A stretch of DNA of 63,610 bases, counting the filler, from Lenisia limosa (Eukaryota; Protista; Breviatea): assembly GCA_001655205.1 (NCBI GenBank). It is 8 parts of 8 records of this genome, joined end to end, with 100 filler letters (N's around TTAATTAATTAA, not from the genome) between each part and the next. Parts side by side here need not be neighbours in the genome. Positions count along the whole stretch, not along the records: positions 1,351 to 27,959 come from LPNZ01011572.1; 7 more parts are not named here. One strand, 5' to 3'. The position numbers and the translations under genes were made by a program. The notes under the pieces are model-generated. The model was not told where the DNA came from and made no database searches. It was given only the letters and a program-made list of their open reading frames with translations. Every line of letters starts with the position of its first letter. Positions within the stretch are counted from its first letter, which is position 1. Below, piece by piece: positions 13,501 to 27,568 of the stretch.

Positions 13501-16500
13501 GGAGGGCCCCCAGTGTGCCTCACGGAAGACTTCTTCTCTGCCTCCTCAGTGAAGTACATCAGACAGTCGGCTGCCTTGGCAAGGTTGAAGTTCTGGAGGT
13601 GGGTGAGTGCAATATATAGAGCCGGATATCTGAAATAGTTGACAATTTCAATCTGGGAGGGAAACAAATGTTGACAATTTCAATCTGGGAGGGAAACAAA
13701 TGTTGACAATTTCAATATTACTTTTTTCTATCTAGAAGCAAAGTAGAACCCGCGAACGCTGTTATAGTTTGGAACACCTCTATCCAATGGGTCGGTATCG
13801 AGGGTTCCCGAGCGGTCAATAGGATCCTGGGGGCAGTGACATAGAATCAGGATGGATAATCATGTTAAGACAGCAAGCCATATCATATCCCAAACTCCAT
13901 CGTCCCACCATACGTCAACTTCAATTCCCGCCATGAAGATGACGTTGACATCAAACCACGTGCCTCCTCTGAGGAACAGATCGGCCTTCTTGTTGTTGAA
14001 ACCGCCAAAATTATTGTCCTCGGAAAGGAACTTAGGAGGCTCAGGAGCGGGACCGAGGTTTTGAGCGTTGTATGCCAGATAGATGAGGAGGAGGACGAAG
14101 AAGGCAATGATGATGAATCGGGCTTTGATGATGAAGGGTGCATAGACCTTGTTGAACCACTTGATCACCTAAGTTGGTTAGCCAAGAAGCCACGGAATAT
14201 ATTTACTGTAGAACCAAAAGATAAATACACACTTATATGTATTATACATTCCACACGTGGGAGCGGGGGCATGGTAATTTGCTTATGGTATCCCTATGTA
14301 TTTGTTTCCCAGATTTACATTGAATATTATTGCTCTTGTTCACTTGAATACCAGCAAGACAGGCATCGGTATATCCCAGCCCACGCCTCTCAGCTCGGGC
14401 TCTGCAGACACAACCACCTGTTCAGGCTTCACAGGGGGCTGGATAATCTACAAAGTGAAAAGAATACCCAGAGCGGGTTATTAGGCCCATACTGCCCCCT
14501 ACAAAGGCCCCTCCCCTGAATATACCACCCTGTTACGGTATTACCCCCCCCCCCCNNNNNNNNNNNNNNNNNNNNNNNNNNNNNNNNNNNNNNNNNNNNN
14601 NNNNNNNNNNNNNNNNNNNNNNNNNNNNNNNNNNNNNNNNNNNNNNNNNNNNNNNNNNNNNNNNNNNNNNGCCGCCCTTCTCCAAACCGCCATTGTCATC
14701 GGTCATGACCGGGGCGGCGGGTTCGGCAATAACAAACATTTCGTTGTGTTTGTCACCGCCTTTCATGTCCTCGGTTGGGTCACTTGCGGGAGCTGAGGGG
14801 TTAGAAGATCTGGGGAATCTGCGTGGTTTCAATAGACACTCGAAATATTGGTCTGAAAAACCATCGAGATGCATTTAGAGCTTCCCTACTGCCCTCACAA
14901 GTCCGGTAAAATATCAAACTTATCGAGGATTTATCAATGAATGACACCACAGGGAAGCCCTAATTGTACAATTGATTGACCATCTGGCCAGGAATGCACA
15001 ATATTCATTTGGGACCGCAAAACAACCCTCCCCACGAAGACAGCAGCAAAAAGCGGTTTTCTTGAGATAGCGATCGTAGAAGAGAACGACAGCAATGAAG
15101 TATGTGTTGATGGAGATGTAATTCATGATGATAACGCAGGCCGAAAAGATGCCAAATGTGGAGATTGCCGGGAAGGACGACGCCTGACGACGAGTTAGGA
15201 TGACTCAAACAAACACAAAAAACGTATTGAACCAAGAAGAAAGAGTCAAGACATATAAAGCTCCAATAACTTCAAGTTCAAGTGTAGTACTATGCTGTTT
15301 TCATTCTGACCTTCAAATATTACTTTATTAAGTCAAATGAGTCTATATTGCACTTAAGCTTAGATACCGTTTCATCCATCGATTTGTTAAAACGGCAACA
15401 TATCAAAGCCCCCTCCCACCGCAGTTGCTAAGAACGAGGCCATGGTAGTTGCAGAGGTCACAAACATGGCACTGGCAGCATGTCTCAGCGCCCTGAACGG
15501 TTACATCAATCCGGTCGAGGTACTAATTATATGCACTTATACTGCAAAAAAATAATCAAAGCACTACTTAATTACAGCAAAAGTTGTCATAAAATGTCAT
15601 TTGGTGAGTTTTACTAAAATTTTGAAAGATTGAAGAGAAATCGTAATCTGCATAATTTACATAATCAGAGCCCAAAAGAATGAACTAATAATGTATCTCG
15701 TAAAACAAACCCCTTCTCCCACCATGACATTCTTGTTGAAGTCGAGTGGGCAATTGCGGGTTCTTGCATTGCTGAAAGCTTCCATTTGTCCTTGAAAGTC
15801 ACCAAACAATTAGCTAGCGTATTCCATGAATAATATTCTTCAAAAACACAAGTGATTTTTGTAAATATCTTATGAGAATAATGTCCGTGAAATCCTACCA
15901 AAAGGACGAAAACGTTATCAACACCAACTCCAAGAACAATAAAGATGGCGAGGATGTTGAATACCTAAAAGAGGTGGGTTATACCATACAAAATATATTT
16001 CAAAAAACAAAAAAAAACGGAAGACTATGGGGATTACAATCTGAAAAAAAAACGAAATTGAGCTCCTCAGAGGAACCACATACGCCAAAGTATTGCTGCA
16101 TGAAGACGAAGCGATAAATGAGGTACGCGGGGAAGAAGCAGATGACTATTTGGCCCATTCCCATCAGTGACAGGAACCACGAGCTAGAGCGTTACTAATA
16201 ATAATAATAAAAAAAAAAAAACATTAAAAAAAAANNNNNNNNNNNNNNNNNNNNNNNNNNNNNNNNNNNNNNNNNNNNNNNNNNNAAGGTTAAAATATGA
16301 ACACTTCCCACCGAGTTAAAGTGGCCAGGTACACCAATACGAAGGCAAAGGAACCTAGTGCCCAAAGACTGTCTTCGTTCATTTGTCGCTTGATGAACAC
16401 ACTCAGAAGCCGCACTCCGTTGTACCACAGCTTTGCGAAGTCAAAAAAAGAAAATGAACGGAATAATCATAATAAACAGAAAGATTAAAGGCAACAGCCC

Positions 16501-19155
16501 TTCAGAAACAAATTACCAACCCCCCCAACAGAGAAATTGTTAGTGGAAGACGCCTGGATGTCAACATCAAATTCGTCGTAGAGAGCCTCAGACAGTTCAT
16601 CCAGTTGCTCTTTCTGGAGGGGGGGTGACATGGATAATCGAACACAAGATGATGAAATGGACTGTAGACGACAACGCTGACTAAAAAACTAAGAAAATAA
16701 CCAACTTGGTCTTCGCTGGAGTCGGAATAGCCCTTAATTGGTAGCCCAATTCGGAACCTGCCATTATTATCAACGTTCCAAAGAAGATGTATCCATCATT
16801 ATCAATCCGCTGCTTGTTCTAATTGAACATAATCTTTCATACCTGCTTCTGACGGCTTGAGCCGACTGGGACCCAGACCCGAAATCTGATGAAACCATCA
16901 TATACCTGAGAAGTAAATGTCAGGATTAAGCGCCTTACCAGTGTCACAAATCTCCCACCGATCCCCCTCCCATCACCCATTTTGCGGCACCCCCTCCCAC
17001 CAATTCATCATTGCGGCGGCAGTACTATCGGTGGCGTAAGGAGTGCCATTGGCATAATCCTTGAGCTTCAAGTTGATGAACTCCTCGTAAAGTGCCATTT
17101 CAGCCGTTGTATCACATGAATCTAAAATTGTAACGCGTATAAGGTTGCTCCATCTAAAAAAAATAAAAAATAAAAAAAAAACATAAAGCAAATAATCAAA
17201 CAATAAAGAAAAAACAAAAGATCCATTATTATCCTTAAAAGACCCTCTACACGTTGAGTGAGTGGTTGACTGAAGGTGTGACAAAATCACTCCTACCCCA
17301 CCCACCATGCTGACAGTCCAGGATGCCGGGCGGCACTGAGCTGGTATTACGACAGTCGGACCAGTTTTCTTTGTCACAGCTCCAGATCACAGTGAGCGGT
17401 GCTACACAAGGGGGAAGAGGGCCGTTGTTGAGTGCCCGGATCTCATCGTTGGTTACTAAGGGGTCACATTGGGGAGAGTATTATGTTTAAATATAATTAT
17501 TGATATTTACGCTTCACTTAAGCCCGAATCTTGGTAGTTTAAAAAGCCAAACGGGGTCAAGAGCCAAATACAATGTGGCACAGTTGCAACCTTTCTTTTC
17601 TCCAAATATCCAAACTACCAAGAATGGACTTAAGTGAAGCGTAGATATCGATATTTATGCAATTATTGTGGGTTTCAAGTGTGCCCCCTTGATAAACATC
17701 GTTTTTGATTAATATCTCTAATTGGTAATGCATAGTATAGTATAGCTTGATGTGAAGATGGTAACATAAATCAAACACAGAGTATATGTCACAGTAGGCA
17801 ATGGTTGCCCCCCCTCCCACAATCCTGGTTGAGAATGTCATTTCCCCAGTCAAGCTGACAATACTGCTGGTAGACTGGCGATTTATACACCTTCTGCTCA
17901 ATGGCAATCATTTCCTAAATGTGTCAGTCTAGCTGAAAGGAACTATTAGGACCTGGTGTAATCCAGTGTAAATTAGTTGGTAATTCAATTACAATTCCAT
18001 CATTTTGTAGCTCCGCTCACCCTAATTGTTTCCAAATTGAATAAATCGTCCTCCTTGGCATGGTAAAGAAACTCAAGCTCGGTATCAAGGCCCTGGGTTA
18101 TAAAAAAAGAAGAATAATGGAACAAGGACCATGTCTCCACAATTCAAAAAAAACATCATATGTGGATTCCTTCAACCAAACAAAAGAACATTGTAAATTA
18201 TCAGGGTAGATCCACAAGTACACCCATTATGTCTCCAAAAAACACCATACCTGGGCGTTGATTGCAACTGACCTCTCCAATTGCGCTTTGTTGAGCTCTT
18301 TCACGGTAGCTGTTTCCTGAAATGTTAAGTTGAACGATATGAGGATCGCTCAGAGCATCCTTGACAACACATCACTATTTGGACAAAAGCTCCTTCATTA
18401 TTACACTGCACCCCTTCAAGCATTCCCATTGACCTACCGAAGCTTCCTTGAAGGCATCTTCTCTTTGTCGCGATATGTGATGTCTGAGGTAGAGCGGAAC
18501 CTGAATTGTTGTCAAACAAGGGAGAGAGGGTGATGCAGTGTAGATATGAGTCCATATAGTCTGACTATTAAGTAGATGCCACTCCCCATCTTACATCTTG
18601 AACATAGGGGAAGAACCAAGATCCAAGTGTGATCGCGAGAACAATGATAAGCACTACGAAGAAGCACATAGTACAACATCCGATACAGTACCATCTACCA
18701 GGACGAGCAACCATCCTAAGTTGTCAGTCGTATCACTTGGAAGAATGGTGGATTTGTAAGAATAACTTCCCTGCATTGTGCTAAAAAGAGTTCAGAATTT
18801 CACTCTCTAATAGATTAGACATACACAATAAGGAAGCAGGGGTGCCGATATGCCCATCAACAACTCCATATGCACCCCCAAAAAGAAAACATCAATAATT
18901 GAACCTGCTGTTTATTTTAAAGTTAAAAGAATCAGAAAGAATAAATCCATACGATGGCTAATGAAAACATTGTAATTCCTAAATAAGTTGTGAAAAGAGG
19001 AAAATGGGAGGAATGTACTTTGAGTCGCGGATCTGTGCTAACATCCCTAATCACCTTTCTACCATTCCAAGCGTGCGGTAGGATCCGTCAGGGTTGAAGT
19101 TGGCATGCTTAGCGGCTGGCTTTTTGGTATGTTCGGCTTCCACGGGGTCTTCCAT
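10569..19155 (-). CDS. Dispatched/Patched-family RND transporter with sterol-sensing domain (~12 TM); ~25 exons
   Basis: Spliced exons: TM1 RWYCIGCCTMCFFVVLIIVLAITLG; SRFRIGLPIKGY; SSD helices ..WALGSFAFVLVYLATLT, FNILAIFIVLGVGVDNVFVLL (GxxxD), ALRHAASAMFVTSATTMASFLATA; second half LVMVVGLAVDATLHI (GxxxD), RLERTYAALTNVG, SVVSGGFSTLGAISFL..IQFFKIFGIVIFVTIFFSLLVAMLFYPACLSLFGP. Confidence 0.88.
13638..13715. repeat. Intronic tandem repeat, 32-bp unit x ~2.4
   Basis: gttgacaatttcaatctgggagggaaacaaat repeated. Confidence 0.85.
14876..14962. mobile_element. hAT-type MITE (subfamily B) in an intron of the Dispatched-like gene
   Basis: tagagcttccctac...cagggaagcccta termini, with the family core gtaaaatatcaaacttatcgaggatttatc; no clean TSD. 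Confidence 0.7.
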
Positions 19156-19735
19156 TGCGTAATTCAGTAGAAATCACTTTCTTGATGATTGTACTTCTAG
19201 AATATACGACAACAGTGCATTCCCCTTTTGCAAAGTCACACCACTTAACTCTGTTCTTTAATTGTATGACCGTCCCGCTCTCAAACACTACACATGTGAT
19301 TAGTAGAGCTTAAATAGGATACACAGAGTGGACAACGAAAGGTAAGAACTGAGGGAATCGGCCATTTTGTCACGGACGGATATACACAATTGGAAATCCA
19401 AGACCAAGTTTGGAAATACCAAATAATTTATCCGCTCTTCTGTCTGCTAGCATCATGCTAGCATGCTGACTTCTCTGCCTGTGAGCTGTCTCTTGCCCCC
19501 TGCCCGCATCTCAATTCAACAACTCTCACAAAGTACCCCAATTGCCTTAACAGCAGTGGAATCAATAATCATCTTGAATCCACACGAAACTCCTCATCCT
19601 CCTTGATCAACTCCCCAAACCTTCGGCCTCGCTTATCTTGAGCGCTAATAATAGGTAAATATAGGTACATACTCATTCAAGGCGGTTGAGTGCTAATCAT
19701 TTCTCCTATATTCATTTTCCAGTTCACACGTCAGA

Positions 19736-22700
19736 ATGCTGCCTTTTCTGGTGGTAGTTCTTGCCTCGTTGCTGTTAATCACAGACGCATTTATTTCGTC
19801 AGCTGGTTTGGTTGTGTGATATTCAGATGATTTTGAATATCAATACATACTCGGTAGAGGTGTTTTCTTTACAGAAACTCTCAATTTCATTTGTAAATTC
19901 CATGCTTTGCGATTTCGGCCAGATGCAACCTTTTCACTTATTGTATGTAGGTCGGGCCCAACAGCAGTTCAACTTGGTACAAAGCTGAATGCAGCATATG
20001 GTTTGGCAGGGTGTTACTGTGCGGTTGAGAAAGAGACTTATTTCTCGATAAATCCTCATTGAATCGTTATCAGGTTGCCATCATCCATAAATAACATTTA
20101 TTTTTGCTCTCATCTCACCTTCAAGGCATCGACACAACATCTATTGTGTCTGAGTCTCTGAACACTACATTGATCAATGGGATAAATACCGATTCTCTTT
20201 TGGACACTGTTTACCCCAAGGTTTGGATACTTAAAGCCGACATGTCCTCCTACCTTTTCTTGTTTATACTTTATCTTGTGGATGGGATGACTGGCTCCTG
20301 TTGTAAAAATATATCTACTAGTACATATATATTTATACTCTTTTCAGTGCAGTTTTCAAATATGTCAAACAATCGAGATCTTTATTACGGAAACTCAACT
20401 TAATTAAGTTTTCATTTATTCAGAAACCAGTATTCGCGAACCACCCGGTCATCCACTCTGGAAGTGCATTGAGCAGTACGGGGGGGGGGGGGNNNNNNNN
20501 NNNNNNNNNNNNNNNNNNNNNNNNNNNNNNNNNNNNNNNNNNNNNNNNNNNNNNNNTTCTCCAGAGGAACCTTGTTCGTGGTCAAGACCTTTTGTTATAC
20601 TAATGTTAACAGAGAAAAGCACTGATATATAATTCCACGAAGACAAATCAAGATATTAATAATCGCCTTCTTATTTATTCTATTTAGCTTCTGCCTATGA
20701 AGTCATGGCGACAGCCGCTCTTGAGGTTTGAGTATATTAGGATAATGTTAAAAATCTCAAGTAGTTTCCATCAATGGGGGGCAAATATCGTTGATCGAGA
20801 ATTCCAATTTATTCGGCGTAATCAACTCCTTAATGATATCACATTCTGGTAATTACTGATTTCATTACTTTATCCTTGATGAATGTTACCAGTTTATTTT
20901 CAATTAAGACATGTAGCTCTCTGATACGTCGGCTGTGCACCTCATTAAGGCGTCTATTTGCGGACTGATGGAGGCAAGTACTCGTCTTTTCTGTCGTTTT
21001 AGCCATGATACTTGTATGAAGGGGATAGTATCATCCATGCCTATGTCACACATGTAGCTCTATAATATAAGGTATATTTTACTTTTTATGAGTCTTCACT
21101 TTTTCTGTTATTCATCAATAACACTCTACAAAGGTATGATCTTTTTACACTTACAGCCAAAATTTATTTCAATGAAATGTCGGTACCATCTTCAGCAATG
21201 TAAGTGAAAGTATATTTTTGTATTTAGTGTATCCAATATTTATCTATTTATTGTTGTCAATGGAAAATTAGTACGTTTTGATATATAAAATGATGACTGT
21301 TGAGGCAATGGCATTTTTTATATTTTCCAGAACAGTTTTAGAACATGTATTACATACATTTCTCCATTAGTTCATAGCGAAGTGTTTTTTTTTGTGTTTT
21401 GTTTTGAACCAATAGATCCCTAAGTCTTTCATTTTTAAAGGCCTCGCTGTACTTCTTTGGTTACAATTGCGCAAGGACCACTGGCTTTTGTTGATGTGGG
21501 TCAAAATTATCTTTAATTTTCAATAACAAGTTTCATATAAATGAAGTTTCAAAACTAACTCCTTCACAGTGTAAAGTTTAATCAATTTGAATATTTTCTT
21601 AATTTAGTTTTAAGCATTGTAGTTGTTAAATGCACATTGAGGTTCCATTTCCATATCACCCCCATTATACGTCAAGGTGGAATGTATGGCAGCTGGAGTG
21701 GTGACCATGGCTACAACGTATTCGTCGGAAACTGTTGCGTCAACCTTTGTTACTGGTAAGTAGGGCTTCCCTCCGGTCAGAAAAAAATTGTCAAAATATC
21801 GATATTTATTGAGAATTTATCAAGAAAATTCAGTCTCTTTATGGACCGTAGGGAAGCCCTACTGGTAAGTTAATGGATATACTGTTACTCTAGCTCTACT
21901 TTAGTGACATTATCTCTTCCTAATAGCCTACGTTCACTGGGCAAGATATTGATTGTATCCTCAATCTTTCACTTTCACTCTTTTTCATGTTGTGGCTTAT
22001 ATTTGATTACATAAACAGGATATCAACCAAAACTGAATAATAGCATGCTTCGTTAGGTCATTTTGTAAATGTGAGTCAATCACATTTGTATAGTTAAATT
22101 TGTATCTTTTCATTTGAAAGCAAAATCGCCACTGACTATTTAGCGTCTTTCCCCTCTGGTCAGTATGCATCACGGGACATCCCCTCTTTCACTGCGTCCT
22201 CTCTTAACGCCAATGGAGGTTGGTTAATGGAGAGGGGATTTTTCTCAATAGGATAATTCGCACTTATGTTTCCAGTCAATTCCCAATTGGTCACTGGCTC
22301 GGATATGGAGATTGTATCCACTGAGAAGAGCTTGGTCTTTGCGGGAGCCAATGTGAAGCACACATCATCTTACGTCACCTCAGTTGTCAATATCAATGGT
22401 TAGTTAAAAGGAATGATCATTAAACAGTTTTCAAATTATCAATTTTATAATTCTTCAATGTGTGCATCAAATCTTACACAGCAGGACACCAGTTTGGCGC
22501 AGGGCAACACTTTGACAGTCACCCAGTGTTCTACAAACCCAATGTGCTCTTTGTTCAAGCGCCAGGTTGGCGGTGAGATTCCTATAGTGCAACAAAACCC
22601 TTGCAATATCGTTATTTTTCTTTGTGTTTCATTTTTATGCTGAAATATCTGGATCAATCAAGCTATATCATGAATGATTTTCAGTAGAGTAATTCTTTGT

Positions 22701-24641
22701 GTATTCCATTGTGAAATAGCCTGAGATAATTCTTTTCCCATCCTCAAAGTGGAAATTCTGATCATACATATAAAACATGACTTGTACTATGCATGTTAAT
22801 TTGTTTTTGATATTTATATGTTTCCCTAGATTTCTAATGTAGTATATTATTTCTCTTGTTCAAAAAAAATACATCTTTGACCGTTCTAGAGGGTACAAAT
22901 TCCATTCAACTCAACACTGGTATTGGGTAGGCGGTTTAATATGTGCCATGTGATCATTTTACATGATTGAATTGGTATTTGTCCCAAATCATTACAATGA
23001 ATGCTAAATTATTGCCATTTACTTTTTCTAAAACTATCTTTTATATTAACCTAATAGGAGTGGTACATGTACAATTGAAGGCGATNNNNNNNNNNNNNNN
23101 NNNNNNNNNNNNNNNNNNNNNNNNNNNNNNNNNNNNNNNNNNNNNNNNNNNNNNNNNNNNNNNNNNNNNNNNNNNNNGTATTCCTTGATTCATTTTTGGA
23201 GTAAATATACGTGGTAATGCTGCCTTAAAATATATTTGGGTATGTATAAATATCTTATGATATTTCATATGTATGCATACATTTTTGGACTTGGGAGTTA
23301 CCTCTATATATCTTACATACTATCAATATCCTAGTCTATCTTAACAAAGATCTCTTCCCTGATAATATGGTATTTTTACTCTAAACCTAATTACAAGTCT
23401 ATTGAATACAACTCCCCACAGGAGCAGGTGACAACACTCCGGTTGATACATATGTATATCAGGTGACAACACTCCGGCTGATACATATATCAGGTGACAA
23501 CACTCCGGCTGATACATACTGTATATCAGATGACAACACTCCGGTTGATACATATATCAGGTGAATAATATGCATATGATATGTAGAACAAAATAAAACG
23601 ATCATATATGTATCAGCTGGAAGGTTGTCACCTGATATATGTATCAACCGGAGTGTTGTCTAAATTTATTCCATTGTTTTTGTTTATTTTTCTTCTTCAT
23701 ACTATTCAGACGAAGCCAGGCCCTAGTGAAGTCCTTCTCTGGAGGGTAAGTCAAACTTTTCAAGTAATTCGAAGCAACGTTTCATTTTCTTAATGATATT
23801 CCATAACTTTATATTTCAATTTCATTCATTTAGAGTAACGCTCTATACTGTGCCTCTTGATATGGTACGTGGCTTGATCAGACTTTTTTGTGACATTTTG
23901 TGATCATCTCCCAGTCCGAAGCTCAATCCGTTTGTATCATTCTGGGCAAAAGTTGACAGCTTCATCCCTGCCATAGCCCCTTCATTATTGGGCTTTTTGT
24001 TTCAGAAAATTCTATGTTTACTTTCTCCCCTCCAGGCTGGAGAATCGGTGTTTACTTCAGCGTCAATCTCCTACAAGTCCGGTTCAACCTTTGTGCCAAT
24101 TAACTTTACTATTAAGGTATGTTTTAATGTTATTATTGAGGGAGGTTGTTGATGCGCTAAGACAGTTTTTTTTTTTTTTTTTNNNNNNNNNNNNNNNNNN
24201 NNNNNNNNNNNNNNNNNNNNNNNNNNNNNNNNNNNNNNNNNNNNNNNNNNNNNTCATTTTCTTATGATCAGTGGGGTGACGAAGTACTAGCAACAATCAC
24301 TTCAGTCGTTGGCAAGACTTCTGAGGATTGTGTCGCAAATATTGACTGGTTGGAGGGGATTCTTTGCAGATGGAATGCTACAAGCAAACTTGCACCATTC
24401 AACATTGATTCTGCTTTGTTTTTTTTGTTTTTAATGATGCTTAGGGCTGGGCCTCTGTTTGGAGAAAAGGACCTCACTGTACACGTGATTGGAGAGGTTT
24501 GCTTCCATCTATCAAACGGATAAACCGTGTAACCGACCTTCAAACCACATTTCTTCACAATGTCAGGCTCAAACCGGCTCTGAGGCCAGCAACAAACTCT
24601 GGGGCAACTACTTCTCTGTCATGATAGATAGTCATGCTTAG
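19736..24641 (+). CDS. Putative secreted multi-exon protein of unknown function
   Basis: Signal-peptide-like start MLPFLVVVLASLLLITDAFISSA; many AG/GT-bounded exons (GIDTTSIVSESLNTTLINGINTDSLLDTVYPK; AGESVFTSASISYKSGSTFVPINFTIK); terminal exon AQTGSEASNKLWGNYFSVMIDSHA*. Could be more than one gene. Confidence 0.5.
21761..21861. mobile_element. hAT-type MITE (subfamily B), 101 bp, 8-bp TSD ctggtaag spanning a splice donor
   Basis: tagggcttccct...agggaagcccta with perfect TSD at 21753-21760 and 21862-21869. Confidence 0.9.
23425..23660. mobile_element. Foldback-like element built from ~30-35-bp modules
   Basis: About four direct copies of caggtgacaacactccggytgatacatat (23425-23560), followed by two inverted copies (atatgtatcagctggaaggttgtcacctg, atatgtatcaaccggagtgttgtc; ~23604-23660). 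Confidence 0.7.
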
Positions 24642-25048
24642 AACGTTATTAAAATTTGTAGCCTTAACTGTGATGCATTTATCTGTATAACACGTGTTTT
24701 TACCATTTATACAGTATAAAACTGTTAATAATTGGTATCTATATGCGGCCCTACCACGCGTGTGTAATGGTGTGAGAAAGAAGAACCTGACTAAAGAGCA
24801 AAAACATATTATACTAAGAAGTCCTAAATTCGTAAATATATTTTGACTGAATTGTCAATTTATAGTTATTATTCTGACCAGCTGACTATTAAAAGACACG
24901 TTGACACTGTACTACACCTGTAAATAGACCTGTACTATAATTACTACTCCTTAATCCAAGCGCAGAAAGTTATTCCAAAGGTCGAAGGAAGGTCCAGAGT
25001 ACTGCTGGCTGTAGGGCGTAAAACGCCTCATAAGCCTCACTATTCATC

Positions 25049-27568
25049 ATGGTTGAGATTGCTATTGATGAAAGAGGGTTGGAAGAACCAGGTGAGGCCA
25101 AGGAAGACCAGGACCATGAGTTGAATTCATCTGACTGCTTTAGAAGCGAAGACGATTCTTCTTGCCCTTGCCGCCTTTAAAAGAGGGAAGATTGTGACAA
25201 ACAGCCTTAACCCACCAGTAGGAAGTCTCTTCCGGCTCCTTTTGACTTACCCCTTCCCTCCAGCTGGCGTCCTATGCAGTTTTCACGGAGCGCAAGGCTA
25301 AGAATGAGCACCCACATCCTGATTACCAATTTAGCGACTATGCCGATCGCCTTCCGGGTTCGATGGCTCGCATTATGGTTTCAGTGAACAGGATCTGTGA
25401 ATTCCTCTCGTTTTGACGATGGGGAGACAAAAATAGCCGAGGATGTAAATTATGTTTTAAAACATACCTATTTGAATGTCTTATCTTTAGTTTCAGCAAA
25501 AAAAAATACATGTTTTACGAAATATTACTTTGTTGCAATTTAGAGAAAAATCTCTTCAACTGAGTATCTGCTCAATATGTGTGGTATTCCATGCATTCCT
25601 TATGTATTGCTTTGGGGGGTGAGTAACTAATATTATCATCTCGACGAATAATCTTCTTTTTCACAACAATTCGTATTTTGCCCCTTCGATCTCTTTTCAT
25701 CCGTTTAGAAGAAGCTTGGCACCAGAAATCCATCCGCTACATCATGGACAGGGATGAACCCGAGAAACTTTCGTCAACAGTTTGTGGCTTTGAATATTTA
25801 TCTTGATCACATGTTTTATATTGAATTGGATAGAGGAATACCAGTGTTATTTGCTATTACACGGAGTTTTCTTGTAGCTTCTTTCAAATGCACTGAAACA
25901 TTATTAACCATAACACCTTAGCGGGTATGTGTTATTTTTCATTTCTATTCTAAAATTGGATGGGGAGGGGGTGGTCATTTTGTTAATTTTACCAATATTA
26001 GGATCTCACGAAGTCCATTGTACCGTATGTGCATTTGCAGCAGAGTGGTCCAGAAAAGGCTTTTTCAATAGGTTTGCTACCGGTTTAGATCAATAAATGT
26101 AGAGGTCTTTTTTTTTGTTTTTATCAAATCCATGGCTAAGGGTTGTTTAACATAGCATTATTGAAAATGTTTTTATTATTTACTCTGGTACATTTATTAG
26201 CCTTGGTTTGCCTTTTTTTGTATCTAAAATAATAATTATTACAAATGTAAAAATGAGAAATAATTAAAGAGGCAGCAGTCCGGAGGGAATCAGGTGCAGT
26301 ATCTAATAATAATTTCTCATTTCATTTCAATCCCCAGGTCCTACCAAGATTCTTCGCAAAACCTACTTTCTGGAAAGTGATTCGGATGTTTTGAGCGATA
26401 CAACATCAAAGTCCTTCAGAGTTCGAGAATTTCGGTGCGTCATAATAGCCTCTGAATAATGATGGTCATTTGCAGTTATCGTCTTGTATTATCTATCCTA
26501 TATATATTGTTTTTCTCCTATTTTCACATAATATGCATACTACTGTAAGTTTATATACAATAGGCGCCTAGGATGCCTGGACCCAATCACTGAACGAATA
26601 TGTTCCTTATCATTTTAGATTGCCTGATTTAGATGGTGTGAAGATCTGCTGTCTGGATCTGAGGGATCGTTACAAGGTGAGTTGACTTGCCTCCCTAGAA
26701 TGCTTCTTTCTTTTTCATTTAACTACGATTCTTTTTGAGTTTAACTACTTAGAATAAGCGAAAACGCAAGAAAAACACTGTTTCAAATACGGTACGAGAA
26801 CGTTTAATATGGAAGGGGGTTGTTGTTTGTACTTAACTTTGAAACCATTTTATAAGTTTTTTATAATGAATAGCATAGTGCACCATTCTTAGTCTATAAA
26901 TATACATATTATCTATTGCATTCATTTAAGTATATTACGTTGATTCCCCACATTTCAAAATTTGGTAAAATGAACAACTAACACCTAACAGGTCACGCTG
27001 CCTTCGTCATCATCGTCGACCCCTTTCAGTAGATCCGCCACTATTGGGGGGGCCCCGAAGCAAAAATATGAAGAGTGGGAGGTTTAATAACTGTGCAAAA
27101 GAAGCAATTTTTATGGCTTAATTTACCCCACGCTCTTTCTGAAGGTGTTGAAAATATCTGAAGTTGTCAAAATAACTATTTGGAAATATATTCCTACGTT
27201 ATATTTAGCGCAAAAAATGTTTGCTAATTCTTTAGAAACAGCCACCAAGCAATTGTTGACCACCTGGCTGGGGTTGATCCGGAGGACATCCGAAGCACTG
27301 CGGTGTCAATGCAGCAGTAAGAGGGGGTGATGGTATTAGTCGAGGCTAATAATTGTTTTGATTTGAAAAGCACTTAAGTATTGTAACCACATTTTTACCA
27401 ATTCAGTTACAGTCAAGATAATACTGCAAATATTCTGCACTCTGCTTCAACTCAGTTATCGGTATGTGACTAAAAACTCTTATATTGGAGGGGATGGGTG
27501 TTGAAAAGATAGTGGCGGGGTTTGTTTTTTTCTCTCAGATATAAATTCAGTTTTGAACTGCAAAAATA
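25049..27568 (+). CDS. Multi-exon gene of unknown function
   Basis: AG/GT-bounded open exons (LASYAVFTERKAKNEHPHPDYQFSDYADRLPGSMARIMV; ISSTEYLLNMCGIPCIPYVLLWG; VTLPSSSSSTPFSRSATIGGAPKQKYEEWE; NSHQAIVDHLAGVDPEDIRSTAVSMQ). No family recognised; start and stop tentative. Confidence 0.45.
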
